Source: an uncultured Planctomycetia bacterium
Lineage (GTDB): Bacteria; Omnitrophota; Gorgyraeia; 2-02-FULL-51-18
NCBI GenBank assembly: GCA_964431835.1
Contig: CAYSKO010000002.1
Location: forward strand, 137,632 to 201,631
Direction: 5' to 3'
Length of the DNA stretch: 64,000 nucleotides
Position numbers and translations under genes: made by a program. Numbering within the stretch: the first letter of the stretch is position 1; the number at the start of each line of letters is the position of its first letter. Shown one piece after another: positions 56,855-64,000 of this stretch. The notes beneath the pieces are model-generated. The model saw only the letters and a list, made by a program, of their open reading frames with translations, did not search any database and was not told the DNA's origin.

Positions 56855-57843
56855 GAAACGGGCTCCTTTGCGTTTGGCGCCATGTGCGCGTGGGCGGCGT
56901 ACCATTCGGCGGTGCGGCGTACGCCTTCGGCGAGCAGAACGCGGGGCTTGTAGCCGAGCGCCTCGAGCTTGCGGATGTCCGGGCAGCGGCGGAGCGTTCC
57001 GCCTTTAGCCGCCTCGCCGGGCACGAGTTCGATCGAACGGCCGAACGGCGCGGCCACGTGGTGGGCGAGCTCGGCGATCGACGTCTCTTCCGACGTGCCG
57101 ATGTGATAGATCCCCAGATGAGCGCCCTTTTCCACGACGAGCATGAGCCCGTCCGTGAAGTCGTCCACGTGGACGAACGCGCGTGTCTCCCGGCCGCTGC
57201 CTTGGATCCGGAATTGGAGCGTGCCGGAGCTTTGGGCGTCCGAAAGACGCTTCATGCGAAGTGCAAACTGCGGAACGACGTGCTCCCAGCCCATGTCGGG
57301 GCCGTAGACGTTGTGCGGACGGAAGATCACCGCCCGCTTGAAGCGCGTGCGGGCCCAGTTGACAAGCATCACCTCGCTGATGAGCTTCCCCGCGCCGTAG
57401 GAGTAGCGAGCGTTGAGGACATCCGGAACGACGAGCGGGACATCCTCGGGAGTCGGCACGACCGCCGGGGTCTGGTAGGCCTCAGAGCTCGAGGCGAGCA
57501 CGAATTCGGGCACGCGGTTCTCGACGCACGCGTCGAGCGCGTTCAGCATGCCGCGCACTCCCACGTCGAGGACGAGCTCCGGCTTCGTGTAGAAAAATTC
57601 GGTTCCGTTCACGAACGCGAGGTGGCAAAAAACATCCACGCCCCGCGCGGCGTTTTTCACGGCGGCGGCGTCTCGCACGTCACCCTCGATGAACTCGATG
57701 TCGCCGGATGCGCCTTCCAAGCGGCGCGCGGCACCCCGCGAGAGATTGTCGAGAACCCGCACGCGGTTTCCGGCAGCGAGAAGCTTCTTTACGAGCGCGG
57801 CGCCGAGGAACCCGGCGCCTCCGGTAACGAGGTAAGTTTTCAT
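56851..57843 (-). CDS. NAD-dependent epimerase/dehydratase (SDR)
   Basis: MKTYLVTGGAGFLGAALVKKLL...YSYGAGKLISE (YxxxK). ATG overlaps the upstream stop (ATGA). Confidence 0.8.
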   Translation of the reverse strand: MKTYLVTGGAGFLGAALVKKLLAAGNRVRVLDNLSRGAARRLEGASGDIEFIEGDVRDAAAVKNAARGVDVFCHLAFVNGTEFFYTKPELVLDVGVRGMLNALDACVENRVPEFVLASSSEAYQTPAVVPTPEDVPLVVPDVLNARYSYGAGKLISEVMLVNWARTRFKRAVIFRPHNVYGPDMGWEHVVPQFALRMKRLSDAQSSGTLQFRIQGSGRETRAFVHVDDFTDGLMLVVEKGAHLGIYHIGTSEETSIAELAHHVAAPFGRSIELVPGEAAKGGTLRRCPDIRKLEALGYKPRVLLAEGVRRTAEWYAAHAHMAPNAKEPVS

Positions 57844-58865
57844 GCGCAGGACACCCATGCTTTCTTGTCGTCCGATTCGTCGACGGCCTCGAGAAGCTCC
57901 TGAACGCGAGCGCCGTCGGCGAGCGTGGGTCCGGTCTTCTCTCCCCGCTCGATCCAGCGGGCCCAGCGCGAGAGCATCGAAGCCACGAGCGGGATCCGTC
58001 CGTCGCCGGAAACTTTAGGTTCGTTGACCGCGACGTCGGCAAGGTAGTTGCCCGAGGCCCGCGTGCCGTAACGCAGGCGAAAACCGGCCGCGTGGTCGGG
58101 ACCGGCGTTCTCGAGGACGAGCGCCCCTTTGTCACCGTAGAACTCGATCCGGTGGCCGCTTCCGAGGAACGCATCGGTCCCGATGACGGCCGCACCCGCG
58201 GCGCCCGAAGCGAATTCGAAAGAGTAATGGGCGAGGGTCTTTCCGCGCTCGGGTTTGCCGGGAGCGGCGTACGACCGCGCTGAAAGGCGCTTGGCCGGGC
58301 CGAGGAACCACTCAAGATAATGCAGGACGTGCGAAGCGAACTGGTAGGAGACGCCGCCGCCGGACTCGTCCGCGTGCTTCCAGGTGTCGAGGCCCATCTT
58401 GATGGCGTAGGTTTCGATCTGCCACGAGACAGACGCTTGCCGGAGCGTGCCGATGCCGCCCTTGCGGAGGATCTCGCGGGTGCGGCGCCACGCTGGAATT
58501 TCGCAGAGTTCGAAATCGACGAGATTCGCGACGCCTTTCTCGTGGGCGAGATCGGCCATGCGCCGGGCGCGCCGGGCGTCTACGCCCAGAGGCTTTTCGC
58601 AGAAGACGTGCTTTCCGCGCTTCATCGCGGCGAGCGCGATCTCGGGTTGGAGCGAAGGAGGGACGGCGATGACGACGGCGTCTATTTCCGGATCAGCGAC
58701 GAGGCGGCTCCAATCGCCGTAAGAGCGCGCGATGCCCGTGCGGGCGGAGGCGGAGGCGGCACGCGCGTCGGTGGACGCGCAGATCGCCGCTGGTTCGAAG
58801 CGCGGAACCGCGCGGAGCGCCGGCAGGATCACTCTCTCGCCGAAACCCGTCCCCACGAGCCCCAC
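57840..58865 (-). CDS. Gfo/Idh/MocA family oxidoreductase (WbpB-like candidate)
   Basis: (V)GLVGTGFGERVILPAL...FCEKPL. GTG start 20 nt after the upstream TAA; the R-rich ORF extension is not credible. Confidence 0.7.
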   Translation of the reverse strand: MGLVGTGFGERVILPALRAVPRFEPAAICASTDARAASASARTGIARSYGDWSRLVADPEIDAVVIAVPPSLQPEIALAAMKRGKHVFCEKPLGVDARRARRMADLAHEKGVANLVDFELCEIPAWRRTREILRKGGIGTLRQASVSWQIETYAIKMGLDTWKHADESGGGVSYQFASHVLHYLEWFLGPAKRLSARSYAAPGKPERGKTLAHYSFEFASGAAGAAVIGTDAFLGSGHRIEFYGDKGALVLENAGPDHAAGFRLRYGTRASGNYLADVAVNEPKVSGDGRIPLVASMLSRWARWIERGEKTGPTLADGARVQELLEAVDESDDKKAWVSCA

Positions 58866-58885
58866 CCGGATAGATCCGCGCTTGC

Positions 58886-60112
58886 TTATATCCGCACCCC
58901 TTTCCCGAAGAAGCCCCAAATGTCGACCAGGGGCTTCCCCTTCGTCTCGAGCGCGCGGTACGCCTTGTGCGGCACACAGAGAATGAGGACGTCGCTTTTT
59001 TTCACGACCTCCTCGACCGGCAGGAGTTCGGCGTCGGTGGTCACGTGCGGATCGGCCGTGAGCACGCGGCGGCAATGGAATGCGAGCACCTTCTTGAGTT
59101 TATAACTGAGCGACGCGCGCGTGTCGTCGCTATTGGCCTTGAACGCCATACCCAAGAGGCCGACCGTCAGGTTCTTTAGGTCGTATTTTTTTTCCATCTG
59201 GCCGACCATGTAGAGGACGAGGCCTTCGTTGATCGTCATCGCGGCGTGGCCGAGACTGAAATTGTTGTCGGAGAAAGCGGCGAGCTGCATCGTGTCCTTG
59301 AAAAGACACGGACCCGCCGCGAAACCGGCGCCCGGCATGTCGGCGGCACGCGGGTAGTCCTTTTTCATCCCCTCGAGGATGCGCGCGTAATCGGCGCCGG
59401 CCGAGTGCGCGATCATGAAAAATTGGTTCGAGACGGCGAACTGGACGTAGCGGTAGGCGTTGTTGAAAAGCTTCGCGAATTCCGCCTCGAGCGGCGAAAG
59501 ACGCACGACACTCGGCGCCACGCGCTCGAAAAGCCGGGCGGCCTCGCTTTCGGATTCCTTCGTCGTTCCGCTAACGATCTGCGGCAGACGCTGGAGCTCC
59601 TCGATCGCGTGCCCCTGGACGACTCGTTCCGGACAAAAGGCGATCTTGAGCTTCCGGCCCTGGGATTTAAGGTAGCTCTCGAGCCATTGTGTGGTGCCGG
59701 GATAAACGGTGGACCGGAGAACGACGAGCTGGCCGTCGGTGAGGTTCGGAAGCAGGTCGTCGAAGCAGTGCTTCATGACCTTCGTGTCCGGATTCATGAA
59801 TTCGTCGACCGGCGTGCCGATTGTGACAACAACCGTGGTGACTCCCGCGATGTCGCGGGGATCGGAGGAAAAAAGGAGATTGCCGCCTTTCAGCGCTTTC
59901 TTAAGGAGAGCTTCCCCGCCCTGCTCCATGAAAGGCAGCACGCCTTTGCGGATGCGACGGAGCGAGTCGCGGTTGATGTCGTAGACGACGACGCGGAGGC
60001 CCTTGTCGGCGAACACGAGCGCCAGCGGCAGGCCGACGTGACCGGCTCCGCCGACCACGCAGACGTCCGCCTTTCGGACCGAAGCGGGCTTTTTCGTTGT
60101 CGTCTTTTTCAT
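58886..60112 (-). CDS. Nucleotide-sugar dehydrogenase (UDP-glucose/GDP-mannose dehydrogenase family; WbpA/WecC-like candidate)
   Basis: MKKTTTKKPASVRKADVCVVGGAGHVGLPLALVFA...CPERVVQG...GAGFAAGPCLFKD (catalytic Cys). ATG overlaps the upstream stop (ATGA). Confidence 0.85.
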   Translation of the reverse strand: MKKTTTKKPASVRKADVCVVGGAGHVGLPLALVFADKGLRVVVYDINRDSLRRIRKGVLPFMEQGGEALLKKALKGGNLLFSSDPRDIAGVTTVVVTIGTPVDEFMNPDTKVMKHCFDDLLPNLTDGQLVVLRSTVYPGTTQWLESYLKSQGRKLKIAFCPERVVQGHAIEELQRLPQIVSGTTKESESEAARLFERVAPSVVRLSPLEAEFAKLFNNAYRYVQFAVSNQFFMIAHSAGADYARILEGMKKDYPRAADMPGAGFAAGPCLFKDTMQLAAFSDNNFSLGHAAMTINEGLVLYMVGQMEKKYDLKNLTVGLLGMAFKANSDDTRASLSYKLKKVLAFHCRRVLTADPHVTTDAELLPVEEVVKKSDVLILCVPHKAYRALETKGKPLVDIWGFFGKGVRI

Positions 60113-60660
60113 CGCGCTCCCCGGCGCTCCCCCTCGGGCGCCATGCGTCCGCGGGCCACCGCGAGCGCCAGCACCGAGAGGTTCAGCGAGTGATCGAAGC
60201 GCCCGTCGCGCACCGCGCGCCAAAAAGCGGACCGCGTCACCGTCTCGACGCGGATTCCGGCCTCAGGGCCCTTCGAACGAGTGGATAGTTTAACATCGGG
60301 TGCGAAATAACACCATAAGCGGTTGGACATCCGGCCCATGTCGGTCGCGAGGACCCCGATGAATTCGAGCCGCCGCGCCTGGTAACCGGTCTCCTCCAGA
60401 AGCTCGCGCTTGATCGCGCGCTCCGGCTTCTCGCCTCGCTCGACCATTCCGCTCGGGAACTCGAGCGTCCTACGCTCGACCGCCGCACGAAACTGGCGCA
60501 CGAGGACGATCTTACCCTCTGCGGTGACGGGGATCACGGTCGAATAATCGCCGAGCGCGAGCGAATAATAGGCATCGCCCTTTTCACCGGTGACGGTTTT
60601 TGCGACCACCCTGAACCAGGCGGTCTCGAACACGGTCTCGCGCTTGGAAATACGGCTCAA
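60109..60660 (-). CDS. NUDIX hydrolase
   Basis: GMVERGEKPERAIKRELLEETG (Nudix box). TTG start overlaps the upstream stop (TTGA). Confidence 0.7.
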   Translation of the reverse strand: MSRISKRETVFETAWFRVVAKTVTGEKGDAYYSLALGDYSTVIPVTAEGKIVLVRQFRAAVERRTLEFPSGMVERGEKPERAIKRELLEETGYQARRLEFIGVLATDMGRMSNRLWCYFAPDVKLSTRSKGPEAGIRVETVTRSAFWRAVRDGRFDHSLNLSVLALAVARGRMAPEGERRGAR

Positions 60661-62282
60661 GCTTCGTCCTCCCTCAGGTCGTAAACGAAGATGGAATGCC
60701 CAATCACGGCGGTAGGCTGGATCTCCGTGGTCCACCGGACGGCGTCGATTCCGTGCGCGCCGATCGCATAGAAGTTGGCTTGCGGCTCTTCCATCTCGGC
60801 GGGCTCGAGCGGCCGCGTCCAAATGCGGTATTGGCGGGGGTCGGCCGGGCCATAATAAAAGAGCGCAACTTCCGGATTTCCCACGCGTTTCACGTACGCG
60901 GCAAGAGACGGTAGATCCTGCCCCCAATCAAGATTCGAATCCCGCAGAATTCGGTACCCTTTGTCGGGCCCTCCGGAAGCTTCATTGAAGTACGCGAGCG
61001 GGTGAGGAAAGATCAGTGCCGCCGAAAGCGCGTGCCACGCCAAGAGCGCCGCGGCGAGAGCTTTCCACGCGCGCCCGCGCGCCCAAAGATAGGCGAGCGT
61101 GGCACCCGACAGCGCGAAGAGTAAAGGATAGATCGGGAGAAAATAACGGATTCCCGCCTGCGCGCGGTCGTTCAGGGTGGCCGCGAAGAAAAAAGCAACG
61201 GGAACGAGGCAGACGGCCGCGTCGAGCCGCGGCAAGCGCAGGCGGCGGACCAGGAAGAAAGAGCTGATCGAAAGAAAGACGAAAGGCAGCGTGTTTTTCA
61301 CCGCGAAGGCGATGAAATAGTAATACCACCAGCCTTTGCCCGACCACTCCCCGAGAAGAAACGCGTTCGTCCCCCGCGCGCGCGTCACAAGCATGCTGAC
61401 AAGGGCCGACGAAAAGGTGGAAAGCGGCACCGGCGCCTGCCGGGCGAACCGAACGAAAGACTCTCCGCCGACGCTCCGGTAAACGGCCTCTTTCTTGGCA
61501 GGATCCGGCGTGTTCTCGAGAAGCGGTTTCAGCTCGAAACAGTAACCGGCCCAGATGGTCAGGAGCGTGACGCCGAGGAACCCGGCGATTTTAGCGGGCG
61601 AAAGAGCCCGGAAACGGCCGCCGAAAAGCGCGATGAGCGGCAGGAGCGGCAGGAGGACGAGCGCCGTAAACTTCGAAAGGAAAGCGGCGCCGGCCCAAAC
61701 CCCGGTCGTGAGCGCTTTTTTCCAGCTGGGTTCCTCGAGGTACGAGCCGAAACCCGCGAGCGTCAAAAAAATGAAGAAGGCCACGGCCAGATCCGCCGTG
61801 GCGAGCGAAGAGTGTGCGATCACGTTCGGACAGAACGCGTAGAGCGCGAGCGCGCCGAGCGCCGCGGCCGGTCCGAATCTCCGGCGCGTCCAAGCGAACA
61901 GCACCGCGCCGAAAAGAAGCGAGAGCACGAGGATCGGCAGGCGCGCGAGGACGATCAACCTCTGCGCGTCTTCGCCCGACTCGTAGAAGAATTTTCGCGC
62001 GTAGGCGGGAGCGTTGCCTTCGCGCCAGGAGACGTCGTCGAGCGGCGCGCGGACGCGGGTGAAAAGAAGCGGCAGGGCGGTCAGCATCCGGGGTAGCGGC
62101 GGCGAAGCAGGGTTCATACGGAAGTCGCGCGTGACCCAATACGAGTGGCCGCTCGGGACGTGGTGCGAAAACTCGTCCGACGTCGGCGACTGAGAGAAGA
62201 CCGGCGGCACGGCCTGCAGGCAGAGCGCGCCGAGAAGAAGGGCCGCGAGGAGGTTTTCCCGGCGGAAGAACGCCGCGTTCAC
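60657..62282 (-). CDS. GT-C membrane glycosyltransferase (PMT_2/ArnT-like)
   Basis: About 11 TM helices plus a periplasmic C-domain. Immediately downstream of a DPM1-like GT2. GTG overlaps the upstream stop (GTGA). Confidence 0.7.
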   Translation of the reverse strand: MNAAFFRRENLLAALLLGALCLQAVPPVFSQSPTSDEFSHHVPSGHSYWVTRDFRMNPASPPLPRMLTALPLLFTRVRAPLDDVSWREGNAPAYARKFFYESGEDAQRLIVLARLPILVLSLLFGAVLFAWTRRRFGPAAALGALALYAFCPNVIAHSSLATADLAVAFFIFLTLAGFGSYLEEPSWKKALTTGVWAGAAFLSKFTALVLLPLLPLIALFGGRFRALSPAKIAGFLGVTLLTIWAGYCFELKPLLENTPDPAKKEAVYRSVGGESFVRFARQAPVPLSTFSSALVSMLVTRARGTNAFLLGEWSGKGWWYYYFIAFAVKNTLPFVFLSISSFFLVRRLRLPRLDAAVCLVPVAFFFAATLNDRAQAGIRYFLPIYPLLFALSGATLAYLWARGRAWKALAAALLAWHALSAALIFPHPLAYFNEASGGPDKGYRILRDSNLDWGQDLPSLAAYVKRVGNPEVALFYYGPADPRQYRIWTRPLEPAEMEEPQANFYAIGAHGIDAVRWTTEIQPTAVIGHSIFVYDLREDEA

Positions 62283-63028
62283 CGCGCCGAGGTCCGGCCG
62301 AAGTAAAGCCGCACGAGAGAAAAATAGCCCGAGATCGTCTTGAGGGGCCGGTTCTTGCTCTTCCCCGGCTTCTTGCCGTAATCGAGCGTGAACGGGACCT
62401 CGACGATCCGCGCGTCGAGGAGACGCATCTTGATGAGGATCTCCGGCGTGACGACGAAACCCTTGTGCGGCAGGCGCACGAAATTCTCGCCGAAGGTGTC
62501 GAAGGCGCGTTTCAGGATGGACGCGCGGAAAACCCGGTAGCCGCAGCTGTATTCCTGCACGCCCGGGATCGGGAAGAAAACTTTGAGGAAAAGCCCTGCG
62601 CCGCGCGAGAGGACGCTTCGGACCGGCGAGAGACCCTTCTCCCCGCCGCCGGGTGCGTAGCGCGAAAGGATGGCGACGTCCGCGCCTTCGCGGAGCTTCG
62701 CGAGTGCGGCGTGCACGTACTTCGGCTCGTGCGTGTCGTCGCAGTCGAGCGTCACGACCGCGTCGCCGGGCGCGGCTTCACGCGCGCAGTGCTCGAGGCC
62801 GTCGATCATCGTACGTCCGAGCCCCTGGTTTTTCTCGTGACGAAGCAGCGTAAGCGGATAAACCATGCCCAGGCGCCGTGCGGCCTCGGCCGTGCCATCA
62901 GTCGAGCCGTCGTCCAAGACGACTATCTTATAAAGCTCCGCGCCGCGCGAAAGCTCGGCGTCGAACTTCGGCACCAGCCGCTCGAGAGCGACTTCTTCGT
63001 TGTACGCCGGCAGGAAGACCCAGATCAT
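62279..63028 (-). CDS. Polyprenyl-phosphate sugar synthase, GT2 (DPM1/ArnC-like)
   Basis: MIWVFLPAYNEEVALERL...IVVLDDGSTDGT...LDCDDTH. ATG overlaps the upstream stop (ATGA). The R-rich ORF extension to 63619 is not credible. Confidence 0.8.
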   Translation of the reverse strand: MIWVFLPAYNEEVALERLVPKFDAELSRGAELYKIVVLDDGSTDGTAEAARRLGMVYPLTLLRHEKNQGLGRTMIDGLEHCAREAAPGDAVVTLDCDDTHEPKYVHAALAKLREGADVAILSRYAPGGGEKGLSPVRSVLSRGAGLFLKVFFPIPGVQEYSCGYRVFRASILKRAFDTFGENFVRLPHKGFVVTPEILIKMRLLDARIVEVPFTLDYGKKPGKSKNRPLKTISGYFSLVRLYFGRTSAR

Positions 63029-64000
63029 CGACGGAAGAATTCGCGCACCGCCTCGATCACGAGGTCGGCGTCGGCGTCGGAAAGCTCGGGGAACATCGGG
63101 AGCGAAAGAACTTGCGTGGCGGCCTTCTCGGATTCGGGGAAATCCCCTTTCCGGTAACCGAGATCCGAATAACAGGGCTGGAGATGGAGCGGCAGCGGAT
63201 AGTACACGCCGGTGCCGATTCCCCGTTCGCGCAGGAACTTTGCGAGTTCGTCGCGGCGTTCGCACGCCACGGTATAAAGATGGTAGACGTGCTGGCTGCC
63301 TTCGGGGGCCGTCGGAAGGCGCAGCGGAAGCCCCTCCAGACCCTTCGCGTAGCGCGCGGCGAGGGCGCGCCGACGGGCGTTCCAGTCGTCGATCCTCTTC
63401 ATTTTCACAAGAAGCACGGCGGCCTGCAGCTCGTCCAGGCGACTGTTCACGCCGACGATGTCGTGATGGTACTTCACCTGCGAGCCGTGGTCGCGAAGGA
63501 GCCGAACGCGGTCCGCGAGGTGCGCGGACGACGTGAGCACCATGCCGCCATCCCCCGCGCCGCCCAGGTTCTTCGTGGGGTAGAACGAAAGGCAGGCGGC
63601 GTCGCCGAGGGAGCCGCACTTTTTGCCGTGGTACGTGGCCCCGTACGACTGCGCGGCGTCCTCGACGACTGCGATGCCGTCCTTCTTCGCGGTCTCCATG
63701 ATCGGCCCCATGTCGCAGGAGAGACCGAAAAGGTGAACGGGAATGATCGCCTTCACCTTCGAGGTGATCCGCGATTCGACCCGTTCTTCGTTCAGGTTGT
63801 ACGTCGCCGAATCGATGTCGACGAAGACGGGCGTGGCTCCCGCGCGCGAAACGGCTCCGGCGGTCGCGAAGAACGTGAATGGAGTCGTGACGACGTGGTC
63901 GCCGGGCCCGACGCCGAGAGCGACGAGCGATAGGTAGAGCGCGTCCGATCCGGATGCGAGGCCGATGGCGTGTTTCGTTCCGAGCCGCGCGGCGATCTCG
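63025..64000 (-). CDS. DegT/DnrJ-family sugar aminotransferase, partial (N-terminus beyond the window end). Paralog of 48914..50020.
   Basis: ...[39 protein letters not shown]...[19 protein letters not shown]...DHG...[13 protein letters not shown]. About 65% identical to the other copy over the aligned part. Confidence 0.8.
   Translation of the reverse strand, partial: EIAARLGTKHAIGLASGSDALYLSLVALGVGPGDHVVTTPFTFFATAGAVSRAGATPVFVDIDSATYNLNEERVESRITSKVKAIIPVHLFGLSCDMGPIMETAKKDGIAVVEDAAQSYGATYHGKKCGSLGDAACLSFYPTKNLGGAGDGGMVLTSSAHLADRVRLLRDHGSQVKYHHDIVGVNSRLDELQAAVLLVKMKRIDDWNARRRALAARYAKGLEGLPLRLPTAPEGSQHVYHLYTVACERRDELAKFLRERGIGTGVYYPLPLHLQPCYSDLGYRKGDFPESEKAATQVLSLPMFPELSDADADLVIEAVREFFRR

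Overview
This 64-kb, high-GC window (about 65-70% GC) is almost entirely a cell-envelope glycan biosynthesis and modification locus. About 58 of the roughly 60 genes lie on the minus strand and run as one or a few very long co-directional operons. At about 25 gene junctions the start codon overlaps the upstream stop by 4 nt (ATGA, GTGA or TTGA), and at 3 more by 1 nt. Only two genes are on the plus strand: an SGNH/AlgX-like hydrolase and a SuhB-like phosphatase. I found no rRNA, tRNA, CRISPR array, transposase or integrase.

Recognisable modules:
- A pseudaminic/legionaminic-type nonulosonic acid (NulO) pathway: PseB-like dehydratase, PseC-like aminotransferase, GNAT, NeuB/PseI-like synthase, cytidylyltransferase and Wzx-like flippase. 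It sits next to a WbuX/WbuY/WbuZ-type amidotransferase triad (acetamidino formation), a GNAT-formyltransferase fusion and a Pse-associated methylase-like gene.
- A split Arn-like set: GT-C ArnT-like, GT2 ArnC-like, SDR decarboxylase-like, CE4 ArnD-like deacetylase/deformylase and a stand-alone formyltransferase domain, combined with a UDP-GlcNAc 2-epimerase and a Gfo/Idh/MocA oxidoreductase.
- Three separate DPM1-like GT2 + GT-C pairs (one GT-C is YfhO-like), plus two further GT-C glycosyltransferases.
- A WbpA/WbpB/WbpE/WbpD-like set for a di-N-acetylated uronic amino sugar, together with a C-methyltransferase.
- A NodU/CmcH-type carbamoyltransferase with SxtJ/SxtK-like small membrane proteins.
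- A roughly 1300-aa secreted BNR/Asp-box + FN3 + LamG protein.

The observations I would look at first:
- A roughly 72-bp direct repeat brackets a hexapeptide-acetyltransferase + aminotransferase cassette. The repeat carries the last 13 codons of the neighbouring gene and an extended -10 promoter.
- One chimeric ORF fuses a truncated SDR N-terminus to a membrane domain; both halves have full-length paralogs nearby.
- A GT-C gene is broken at an A8/T8 homopolymer.
- Perfect TATAAT or TGnTATAGT -10 boxes sit 6-7 nt upstream of start codons, implying leaderless mRNAs. One of them is palindromic and probably bidirectional.

All functional calls come from motif and family recognition by eye. None has been checked against a database.
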